From positions 1-64,000 of the forward strand of contig NIVC01003608.1 of NCBI GenBank assembly GCA_002269645.1: a stretch of DNA of 64,000 bases, read 5' to 3'. Positions within the stretch are counted from its first letter, which is position 1. Every line of letters starts with the position of its first letter. The stretch comes from Macrostomum lignano. Its lineage: Eukaryota. A model generated the notes under the pieces. That model was not told where the DNA came from. It did no database searches and saw only the letters and a list, made by a program, of their open reading frames with translations. Shown one piece after another: positions 32,656-43,700 of this stretch. A program made the position numbers and the translations under genes.

Positions 32656-33389
32656 GTTACGGCCCATCAGACTGGATTGCAAATTTCTCCAGAGATAGTG
32701 CAGTAGTACGCGGATATTTTAATATCTTTTTTTTTTAAATTTAGCAACAACTAGCAATCTATAGTGCCCCCCTTCGGGGCGGCCAATGAGCAAGGGACGA
32801 ATCCTTTATGAAAATAATTCTTAATTCGTTTATTAATTTATTTATAAATAGAATAGAATTTAATAATTAATTCTATTTTTTATTCTGGGATTATGTATAA
32901 ATCAAACATATGCTATTTAACCATGCTTGCCATCTTTCAGAGCAATAGCGTGCTACTTCTGTAGCCGGGGGGGGCTCCAGGTATTGCACGGCAAGCAGTA
33001 CGCCCTGCAACGGCTGCAAAAGCAGCAACAGCAGAAAAAAATGTTACTCATTGGCAGAACAGTTGGCTATAATACCAAGAGGCGTCAGTGGCGCTTTTGC
33101 AGAAGGCTTCACCAACAAGATGGTACCATTGCACAAATTCTGTTACGAACATTTCATTGGTGGCAATCTTACCACTTGTTGGCTTGCTTTAGTCTGCACA
33201 GCTGGTCATAGGCATTCACTTGGGAGCATGTAAATTTCACTCATTACTAATGAGCATTCAAAAACAGTTACAACCCTCCTCTTTTTGCAACCGGGCTTGG
33301 GACCGGCTTTGGCAGAGTTAAAGCCATCACAAGAGACTATCTGGGGTTTGCAAAGGCAGCTTCAAACCCCCTCTGGCTGCATTTGCATG

Positions 33390-33445
33390 TACGAGGGCCA
33401 TTCCAAAAGTTCATGCAATCAGACATTTTTTATTACAACAAAAAG
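33390..33445 (+). mobile_element. Isolated mariner-like terminal fragment
   Basis: TACGAGGGCCATTCCAAAAGTTC resembles mariner TIR starts and the decayed TIR at 4446; no partner TIR seen. Confidence 0.4.
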
Positions 33446-33596
33446 CTGCTAATTTGGGCTTCTATCACTGCACTACGAGACTCTCTGGCCGAACCCTTTA
33501 ATTGGAACATTAATTGATTGAATTTTCCTATTGCTTGGAAAAGGACTCTAATTGAGCTTCTATCACCGCAGTATCAAGACTGTCTCTGACCGAACC

Positions 33597-34450
33597 CTAG
33601 AAATGCAGTAGAAATGCAGTTTCTTATGTAAACACAGTCCTACAAATAAAGATTCTTAGAAACGTTTCCTAGAAATGCAGTTTCTTATATAAACATAGTC
33701 CTACAAATAAAGATTCTTAGAAACTTTTCCTAGAAATGCAGTTTCTTATATAAACACAGTCCTACAAATAAAAAATTCTTAGAAACGTTTCCTAGAAAAG
33801 CAGTTTCTTATATAAACATAGTCCTACAAATAAAGATTCTTAGAAACTTTTCCTAGAAATGCAGTTTCTTATATAAACACAGTCCTACAAATAAAAAATT
33901 CTTAGAAACGTTTCCTAGAAAAGCAGTTTCTTATATAAACATAGTCCTACAAATAAAGATTCTTAGAAACTTTTCCTAGAAATGCAGTTTCTTATATAAA
34001 CACAGTCCTACAAAAAAAGATTCTTAGAAACGTTTCCTAGAAATGCAGTTTCTTATATAAACACAGTCCTACAAATAAAGATTCTTAGAAACGTTTCCTA
34101 GAAATGCAGTTTCTTATATAAACATAGTCCTACAAATAAAAAATTCTTAGAAACGTTTCCTAGAAAAGCAGTTTCTTATATAAACATAGTCCTACAAATA
34201 AAGATTCTTAGAAACTTTTCCTAGAAATGCAGTTTCTTATATAAACACAGTCCTACAAATAAAGATTCTTAGAAACGTTTCCTAGAAATGCAGTTTCTTA
34301 TATATAAACACAGTCCTACAAATAAAGATTTTTACAAACGTTTCTCAGATATGCAGTTTCTTACAAACACATTCCTACAAACAAAGATTCTTAGAAAGTT
34401 TCTTAGAAATACAGTTCATCTCTACAAATAAACATTTTTTGAAACGTTTC
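33597..34450. repeat. ~61-bp AT-rich satellite, ~14 units, inside Helitron A
   Basis: Unit CTAGAAATGCAGTTTCTTATATAAACACAGTCCTACAAATAAAGATTCTTAGAAACGTTTC. Confidence 0.93.
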
Positions 34451-34497
34451 TTAGACTTAGATATACAGATACAGTCAAATTAAAATGTTCATCTCAC

Positions 34498-34838
34498 CTG
34501 TTAACCGACACTCCTCGACGGCGAATTTGGTCGGCCTCCACTCGAGCTCTTCGCTGAGCCTCAGTTTCCGTGGCCCTACGCTCACTTGTGCGCCGCCGAG
34601 CTGCAGTTAGGCGCTCTTCTCGCTGAGCGTCGGTCTCCACGGCACTCCGCTTAGCCTTTTGCTGTCGGAGTCCAGCCAGGCGCTCTTCGCGCTGAGCGTC
34701 GGTCTCCCTGGCCCTTCGTTCAGTCTCCTGCTGCCGGTGTGCAGCCAGGCGCTCCTCTTGTTGAACAGCGGTCTCTTGCTGACGTTTCTTTTTGGCATCT
34801 CTGCTCTTTTTCAAAGCGCTGGTGCCACGTCGAGCCAT
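34498..34838 (-). CDS. STPR-repeat (23-aa ETxxQRxxRL) exon, Helitron-derived N-terminal DNA-binding module
   Basis: Four 23-aa repeats: ETAVQQEERLAAHRQQETERRAR / ETDAQREERLAGLRQQKAKRSAV / ETDAQREERLTAARRRTSERRAT / ETEAQRRARVEADQIRRRG. Ends at donor AACAG|GTGAGA (34498). No Rep or helicase exons found downstream. Confidence 0.7.
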
Positions 34839-35289
34839 TTTAGAATTTGGATCGAAAAATATGATAGGAATTGAATTGAAAAATAAGATAAGTAGAATTA
34901 GAATGAAAAAGTAAAGATAGTCTGAGTGAGGGGTTGTGTGATAATTGACAAAGATAAGAAAACAATCATGACAAACATTTTAAACTCAGCGCACCACCGC
35001 CACCCCAAAAAGCTGTACACTATTCAGTGTTAATAAATGTACACTAAACGTAAATTCTCTCCAGCGCCCGCTGCTAATTGGTCAAGCTGCCCTTTAAAGC
35101 CAAAATTCTCCTTACAAAACTGCTAATAAAATGGTCAAAGTCAACAAGCAGCGATAAACAAATAGATGTGCAAATACTCGTGCACATTTTACACTCATCT
35201 TTTTTACCACAAAGTTGTTAGCAATGTTGCATTGAAAACTTTCAATAAAAATCGCTTATTTATATGAAAGTCGCTCTCTGCAATGCAGT

Positions 35290-36003
35290 CTTGGTCTTGG
35301 TAATCCTTGGTTTATTAATAGCAATAATCTTTGGCTTCTTGTAATCCTTGGTTTATTAATAGCAATAATCCTTGATTAATCAAGTGCATTAATCCTTGGT
35401 TTATTAATAGCAATAATCCTTGGCTTATTGAGTGCAGTAATCCTTGGTCTGCCAAGAGCAATAGTCCTTGATTTAATCCTTGGTTTATTAATAGCAATAA
35501 TCCTTGGCTTCTTGAGTGCAGTAATCCTTGGTTTGCCAAGAGCAATAGTCCTTGGTTTATCGAGTGCAGTAATCCTTGGTTTATTAATAGCAATAATCCT
35601 TGGCTTATCGAGTGCAGTAATCCTTGGTTTATTAATAGCAATAATCCTTTAATAATCCAGTGCATTAATCCTTGGTTTATTAATAGCAATAATCCTTGAT
35701 TAATCAAGTGCATTAATCCTTGGTTTATTAATAGCAATAATCCTTGATTAATCAAGTGCATTAATCCTTGGTTTATTAATAGCAATAATCCTTGGCTTCT
35801 TGAGTGCAGTAATCCTTGGTTTATTAATAGCAATAATCCTTGATTAATCAAGTGCATTAATCCTTGGTTTATTAATAGCAATAATCCTTGGCTTCTTGAG
35901 TGCAGTAATCCTTGGTTTGCCAAGAGCAATAGTCCTTGGTTTATCGAGTGCAGTAATCCTTGGTTTATTAATAGCAATAATCCTTGGCTTATCGAGTGCA
36001 GTA
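35290..36003. repeat. 24-bp minisatellite with alternating monomer types (~48-bp higher-order unit), inside Helitron A
   Basis: AATCCTTGGTTTATTAATAGCAAT alternates with AATCCTTGGCTT(A/C)T(T/C)GAGTGCAGT and variants. Confidence 0.9.
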
Positions 36004-36799
36004 GTCTAAGTGTTTTTATTTAGTCCTTTAATAAAAGCTTTTAATAAAAAAATTTACACTACTACTTTTAAACTACTTAGATTCGAAGCCAGGTCGCTGC
36101 ATTAGCAGTCTGGTCTGTTCAGCTCTAGGCTAGCTCTCATCGAAGTTATCAGTGAATTTGTACCACTTATATAATTCAACACTTACACCAAGTCAGGTAG
36201 AGTAAAAAGTCACACGAAGCAGTTATGACATAATCAATTTCTTAGGCAAGTCAGTACCAGTGTCTATGAAAGTTAACAATATGGTTACGTAATATAAATT
36301 CAGTACTGCGCTATGCTTTCACACTCAAAGCTGTGACGCAATTCAATTGAGTGTCAAATTCAGCCAGTACACAGACGATAAACAAAGTGTATTGTGATGC
36401 AATCTATTTCAGAATCAGAATTCAACCAGTCAGTTTTTCTGCTAGCATTCTTACAATGCATTTCAAGTCGAAGGAGCTGCTTGACCTTTGCAAAAAAGCA
36501 TGTTTTTCGAATATTTAATCCCTTTAATATTGAGCAATTTCTTAGCCAAGATGCATGTACCGTCACGGAAAAATTTCTGATCGAACAGTGCAAGTTCGAA
36601 CAAAATCGGTTGAGCCGTTTTTGCTAAAATCGATCACACACATACCGACAGACCATTTTTAGTATATGGACTAGCAATCTTCGCCCCCCGATGGGGGACA
36701 TCTGGATAGAATCTCTGTTTTCTAAAGTAACAAAAAGACAGCCAAAAATCCTTCAAAAAGACAACAGACAAACTGCTCAAATGAAGTGCATTGCAAAAA

Positions 36800-37245
36800 G
36801 AAATCATCCCAAGACTGCAAGCATCCCCCAGATAGCAAGCATCCCCTAGATAGCAAGCATCCCCAAGATGGCAAGCATCCCCCAGATAGCAAGCATCCCC
36901 CAGATTGCAAGCATCCCCCAGATAGCAAGCATCCCCAAGATAGCAAGCATCCCTCAGATAGCAAGCATCCCCCAGATAGCAAGCATCCCCCAGATAGCAA
37001 GCATCCCCCAGATAGCAAGCATCCCCCAGAAAGCAAGCATCCCTCAGATAGCAAGCATCCCCCAGATAGCAAGCATCCCCCAGATAGCAAGCATCCCCAA
37101 GATAGCAAGCATCCCCCAGATAGCAAGCATCCCCCAGATAGCAAGCATCCCCCAGATAGCAAGCATCCCCCAGATAGCAAGCATCCCCCAGATAGCAAGC
37201 ATCCCCAAGATAGATAGCATCCCCAAATAGCAAGCATCCACCAGA
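36800..37245. repeat. 18-bp minisatellite (GATAGCAAGCATCCCCCA) inside Helitron B
   Basis: Direct inspection. Confidence 0.95.
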
Positions 37246-37339
37246 CAATAAGTAGCTAGTGCGACAATTTCCTTAGCATTATAGCGGCTCCTTTAAAATT
37301 CGCTTACTTTTACGTTTGAAATTGTGTATCTTTTTATGT

Positions 37340-39375
37340 TTAACAGGGTGGCTCTTTTATGTTCTACGCTCGTACATGGTAACTCTTTTATGTTTGATAC
37401 GGTGGCTTTTCAATGTCTGACATAGTGGCTCTTCTATGTTTGACATGGGGGCTCTTCTATGTTTGACATGGGGGCTCTTCTATGTTTGACATGGGGGCTC
37501 TTCTATGTTTGACATGGGGGCTCTTCTATGTTTTACAAAGTGGCTTTTTAATGTTCAAAAAGGTGGCTCTTTTATGTTTGACATGGTGGCTCTTTAATGT
37601 TTGACATGGTGGCTCTTTAATGTTTGACATGGTGGCTCTTTAATGTTAGACAAAGTAGCTCTTTAATGTTTGACATGGTGGCTCTTTAATGTTAGACAAA
37701 GTAGCTCTTTAATGTTTGACATGATGGCTCTTTAATGATAGACATGGTGGCTCTTTAATTTTTGACATGGTGGCTCTTTAATGTTGGACATGGTGGCTCT
37801 TTAATGTTAGACATGGTGGCTCTTTAATGTTCGACATAAAGTCACTTATATGTTTGACATGATGGCTCTTTTATGTTTAACATGGTGGCTCTTTAATGTT
37901 TGACATGGTAGCTCTTTTATGTTCGACATGGTGGCTCTTTAATGTTCGACATGGTGGCTCTTTTATGTTCGACATGGTGTCGCTTCAATGTTTGACATGG
38001 AGTTACGTATATGTTTTACATGGTGGCTCTTTTATGTTCGACGTGGTGGCTCTTTAATGTTTGACATGGGGTCTCTTCAATGTTTGACATGGAGTTACGT
38101 ATATGTTTGACATGGTGGCTCTTTAATGTTTTACATGGTGGCACTTTCATGTTTGACCTGGTGGCTCTTTAATGTTTGACATGGTGGCTCTGTAATGTTT
38201 GACATGGTGTCTCTTTAACGTTTGACATAGAGTCATGTATATGTTTGACATGGTGGCTCTTAAATGTTTGACATGGTGGCTCTTTAATATTTGACATGGT
38301 GGCCCTTTTATGTTCGACATGGTGGCTCTTTAATGTTTGACATGGAGTCATATATATGTTTGACCTGGTGGCTCTTGTATTTTTAACACGTTGGCTCTTT
38401 AATGTTCGACATGGTGGCTCTTAAATGTCTAACATGGAGTCACGTATATGTTTGACATGGAGTCATGTATATGTCTGGTATGGTAGCTCTTTAATGTTTT
38501 ACATGGAGTCACCTATATGTTTCACATGGTGGCTATTTTATGTTTGACATGGTGCTTCTTAAATGTTCGACATGGTGGCTCTTTAATGTTTTACATGGTG
38601 GCACTTTCATGTTTGACCTGGTGGCTCTTTAATGTTTGACATGGTGGCTCTTTAATATTTGACATGGTGGCCCTTTTATGTTCGACATGGTGGCTCTTTA
38701 ATGTTTGACATGGAGTCATGTATATGTTTGACCTGGTGGCACTTTCATGTTTGACCTGGTGGCACTTTCATGTTTGACCTGGTGGCTCTTTAATGTTTGA
38801 CATGGTGGCTTTTTAATATTTGACATGGTGGCACTTTCATGTTTGACCTGGTGGGTCTTTAATGTTTGACATGGTACCTCTTTTATGTTCGACATGGTGG
38901 CTCTTTAATGTTTTACATGGTGGCTCTTTAATGTTTGACATTGTGGCTCTTTAATATTTGACAAGGTGGCTCTTTAATGTTTAAAATGGTGGCTCTTTAA
39001 TTTTCGAAATGGTGGCTGTTTTATGTTTGACATGGTGGCTCTTTAATGTTCGACATGGTGGCTCTTTAATGTTCTTAATAGTGTCTGTTTTATGTTTGAC
39101 CTGGCGGCTCTTTAATGTTTGACATGGTAACTCTTTTAGGTTTGAAATGGTGTCTCTTTAATGTTTGCCATTGTGGCTCTTTAATGTTTGACATGGTGGC
39201 TTTTTAATGTTCGACATGGTGGCTCTTTTAGGTTTGAAATGGTAACTCTTGTATGTTTGATATGGTGGCTCTTTTATGTTCGACATGGTGGCTCTTTAAT
39301 GTTTGACATTGTGGCTCTTTAATGTTTGAAATGGTGGCTCTTTAATGTTTCGACATGGTGGCTCTTTAATGTTGA
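37340..39375. repeat. 23-bp minisatellite (TTTAATGTTTGACATGGTGGCTC), ~2 kb, inside Helitron B
   Basis: Direct inspection; period 23; diverged units. Confidence 0.95.
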
Positions 39376-39959
39376 GAATTTTGTGTTTTTTAACGTGTTT
39401 TAATAAAAAAAACATTTTTCACCACTAAGATTCGAACCAAGGTCGCTACATTAGCATTCCAGTCTGTTTGCATCCGGCTATCTCTTTTCAATTGGAGAAC
39501 ATGACTTGTGGCCCTTATAATTCAATACTTATAGCAAGTCGGTAAGAGTAAAAAGTTATGACATAATCAATTTCTCAGTCAGCCAGTATCAGTCTCAATT
39601 CAAGTTAGCAATATGGTTACGCAATTTCAATGAAGTCTTGTGTGCGTTTCTGTGGCACTGTTTTCACCTTGTTGTGATGCAATCTTTATCACAATCGTAA
39701 TTCAGCCAGTCAGTTTTTTCTCTAGCATTCTTACAATGCATTTCAAGTCAAAAATTTGGCTTGACCTTTGCAAAAAAGCATGTTTTTCGAATATTTAATC
39801 CCTTTAACATTGAGCAATTTCTTAGCCAAGATACATGTACCGTCCCAGGAACATTTCTGATCGAATGGTGCAAGTTTGAAGAAAATCGGTTGAGCCATTT
39901 TTTCTGAAATCTATCGCATAGCTAGTTAGTTACAGACATTTCATTTTTAGTATATAGGA

Positions 39960-40316
39960 CTAGCTAATTAGAGCTGGCTGCCAGCATCCAGAATAATTTT
40001 TATTGCCCCCACCCTTTAAGTGGGTCCAGTGAGTTTTCTTATCAGTTGGCTCTGGCGCAATCAATTAAAATTGACTGTGAAGTTTCTCGCTGATAAAATT
40101 TGCATTGAAAAAGGCCATTTAAAACAGTTTTTCGAATATTTAATCCCTTTAGCATTGAAGCAGATACAAGAAATTTTAACTGTCTTCTTTCCAGACAATT
40201 TTGAATGTTTTGGCGAAAACGCGATCAAAATCGGTGAAGAATTGCAATCTCTAGAGCGTTATGGACAAGCAAGCATTCAAACATACAAACCTTAGAGATT
40301 TAGTATATTTAGAAGA
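39960..40316 (-). mobile_element. Short Helitron-like element C (~350 bp)
   Basis: 3' end: hairpin GCTGG-CAG-CCAGC followed by TCTAATTAGCTAG at 39960. Shares TTTTTCGAATATTTAATCCCTTTA and AAAATCGGT blocks with the 5' regions of A and B. The exact 5' end is ambiguous. Confidence 0.55.
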
Positions 40317-40773
40317 AGTGAAAACGAGTTGCGTTTTGCGTTTCAAAGTTAACAGTTTGTGTTACATATACCAGCTGTACTGCTACAATACTAAGTGACC
40401 GATGTCTTTAGCATACGGTGTGCAGTTGCCAGGAGCCTCGTAAAAAATTCCTAGTTTCCCGTCCCGGTGTTTGAGTAGTCCCTGGTGAAGGCAAAAAGCA
40501 TAAGACGTTTGATAAATAGACGTGCGGCAAAGTTTTTAACTGAGCTTGTTTTTTTAGAAAAAAACACGACATATTTATTGCCTGACACCAGTTTTTAATA
40601 TTTAGCGAAACTATTTCTGCTAAACGTTTATTTCTATTTTTAGAAATGTGATTCATACTTGACGTCAGGTTCTTTTTTTAGCAAAACACTTGCTATAATG
40701 CCGTGTTTCTATTTTTAGCAACGCGCTGGTGTCATAATTCCTGTTTCTATTTTTAGCAACGAGATACATTTCC

Positions 40774-43700
40774 TCAGAACACAGCGCAATCGAAGGGCGT
40801 CTTTCTGAGCAGCCGAGTCCAGACCAGCTCGCACGCCAGTAGGATCAGGCCAGCGACGTAGAATGCACCAGTGATGATCAGGGCGCCGCCCACGCCTTCC
40901 ATGTTGATGCTATCAGCCTCTGTTGACATGCCAACTGAGCAGGATTGGTCGGGCGCGTCATTCGTGAAGTATTTGGTGAATAGTCGCGAGTTCGCGCCGA
41001 TTATGTCCAGGTTGCGCAGGCTGTTAATTCGGGTGGGGGGGGGGGTAGGAAATCGATTTTAAAGTCTTTTCGATTCTGGAAACAATCTTGTCTTCAGCTT
41101 TTCTATATATCTCGAATCATCAACCGGGACACAATTTTTGAGGAAGTTTGTCGAAATCCTAATGGTAAAAAGGGATACGCTTCTATTTAGATGTAGATAG
41201 AGGAATTTTCCTGGTAATCTAGGCCTTCAAAAATTTTTTTGTGGTACCGCTCGGCCCGTCTCGATTTTCCCTATTATCGCTTATATAAAATCCCTAATCT
41301 CGCTTTTACTCTACTGATAGTAGCATAATGTGGCAAGCGCTCAAATTCTGTCTTTGAAATCATAAGTTAAAAAATGTAATTCAAAACCAATGTTGATTTT
41401 TAAAAAGTAGAGATAAAAAATTTCCTTTCTAACTAGTGAATGGGAGCGCTCTGTTTGAAACTAAATTTATGCCATTCATGCTCCCGGCATCTTAGCAACT
41501 TGAAAAGCTTGAACTTTCTTAATTTATTAACTAATCGCTTAACTCGTGCAGTAAACAGGACTGTTGGGACTTGCTAATTAACCTGGATAGAAACACCCAG
41601 AGTTACGTCTCAAGCCATGTGAAATGACACCTGATACAAAACAAGTTGTTAAAGTTAAAAAAAGCTGTGTTCTCGTCTGTACGTGGCTAATTGGGACCCA
41701 AATTCGTGTAGCTATCAAGTTTGTCTAACCTATTTAATTCTATCCAATAAACTTAATCCCATTCTCTGTGTACGATCCCCATTCGCGCGTATCTTCCCAT
41801 GCATGATGCGACCAACTTAATCCTCATTCACCCAATTCACTCCTGAGTCACCTAACTCATTCCCCATTCACACAACTCATTCCCCATTCACACAACTCAT
41901 TCCCCATTCACACAACTCAGTCTCCATTCACACAACTCAGTCTCCATTCACACAACTCAGTCTCCATTCACACAACTCATTCCCCATTCACACAACTCAT
42001 TCCGCATTCACAAAACTCAGTCTCCATTCACACAACTCATTCCCCATTCACCAAACTCACTCCCCATTCACCATACTCAGTCTCTATTCAACCAACTCAC
42101 TCCCCATTCACACAACTCACTCCTCAGTCACCTAACTCTTTCCCCATTCACACAACTCAGTCTCCATTCACACAACTCAGTCTCCATTCACACAACTCAT
42201 TCCCCATTCACACAACTCATTCCCCATTCACACAACTTTTTCCCCATTCACACAACTCAGTCTTCATTTACACAACTCAGTCTCCATTAACCAAAGTCAG
42301 TCTCTATTCACACAACTCACTCCCCATTCACCCAACTCAGTTCCCATTCACTAAAGTAAGTCTCTATTCACCCAACTCACTCCCCATTCACCAAACTCAC
42401 TCCCCATTCACCATACTCAGTCTCTATTCACCCAACTCACTCCCCATTCACACAACTCAGTTCCCAATCACCAAACTCACTCCCATTCACCCAACTCACT
42501 GCTCATCCAGCAGCTCAGAGAAGTAGGCATTCTTCGGGTAGGCGAAGCCGCAGGGTGCCACGTTGGCCCTCTCCTTGGCCAGATAGACTTTTTCGCAGTT
42601 GTTGTTGGCCACGTTTAGCAAAAAGGTGTAGTCACTGAGGCAGACCAGGCCCTTGTCGAATACCTTGTAAAAAGGTGTATATGGGGTAGCGGTTCGGGAT
42701 AAATGATTTATGATACTACCTGGTTAGAGGTCTCTAGGATACTAGGGAGAGAATTCCTCGGATTGTCGATATTTTTGGGGCCTCATGGGTGGCAGCTTTC
42801 AGTGCGCACAGCTTACCGCCTGAGCACAGTCTGGGATGGTGTCAGCCAGCAGCATCTGGTCCGTGATCTGCTTGTACACGCCCGACTGCGCACCCTTGAA
42901 TACATTGTGGATCGTGGTGCCTCGCGGCATTATTGGCGTCAGGCTGCCATCAGCCAGCATGTCCTCGAAGCTTTGAATTGGCAGGCTGGTGACTGAGACG
43001 GTCAAAGCTGAAGTCAGGTCGCCTGCGAGTGCGGATCAGGGAGCTCAATAGTAAACTGTTGCATCCGTGATTGTCATGAGTGCTGCAAAAATGTAATTAG
43101 GAATCTCAGCCCTGTGGGAGCTTCTCACTTCTCTGAAGCTGCCTTCTTCCCATCTCCCGCTCTGACTTTTCCAACTCTCGCCAATCACCCTCTCTCCCTC
43201 CTTCCCCATTTTCCTCTCCTGTTCAAACTTATTCTTTACTTCTCCCTCTCTCCCTCTCCTCTCCCCTTCTCTCCCCCTCTCTCTTCTCCTCTCTCTCCCT
43301 CTCTCTCCCTCTGTCCATTTTCCCTTTCTCCCTCTCCCCCTCTCCACCTCTCTTCATCTCCTCTCCCCCTCTCTCTCTCCTCTCCCCTCTCTCTCTCCTC
43401 TCCCCCTCTCTCCCTCTCTTCATCTCCTCTCCCCCTCTCTCTCTCCTCTCCCCCTCTCTCCCTCTCTTCATCTCCTCTCCCCCTCTCTCTCTCCTCTCCC
43501 CTCTCTCTCTCCTCTCCCCCTCTCTCCCTCTCTTCATCTCCTCCCCCCTCTCTCTCTCCTCTCCCCTCTCTCTCTCCTCTCCCCCTCTCTCCTTCTCTTC
43601 ATCTCCTCTCCCCCTCTTTCTCTCCTCTCCCCTTCTCTCCCTCTCTCTCTATCCTCTCCCCTTGATCTCTCCCTCTCTCCCTCGGTCCCTCTTTCACTTT

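Larger units (their letters stand above)
32751..36670 (-). mobile_element. Non-autonomous Helitron-like element A (3.9 kb)
   Basis: On the - strand it starts TC(CATATACTAAAAA) at 36670 and ends with hairpin GCCCC-GAAG-GGGGC followed by ...ATTGCTAG|T at 32751. Carries satellites, a tRNA-like cassette and an STPR exon. Confidence 0.7.
36671..39959 (-). mobile_element. Non-autonomous Helitron-like element B (3.3 kb)
   Basis: Starts TC(CTATATACTAAAAA) at 39959; ends with hairpin CCCCC-ATC-GGGGG followed by CGAAGATTGCTAG at 36671. Its ~600-bp 5' region (39385-39959) is clearly homologous to 36010-36670 of element A. Confidence 0.75.

Noticed and set aside
36360-36627. ORFs in the shared Helitron 5' module (also 40020-40295)
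   Set aside because: Not preserved in frame between the homologous copies A, B and C; non-coding terminal sequence.
33597-39375. Regularly spaced repeats resembling CRISPR arrays (also 49300-50490, 52406-52775, 62392-62790)
   Set aside because: Units are contiguous with no unique spacers, there are no cas genes, and the context is spliceosomal eukaryotic DNA.
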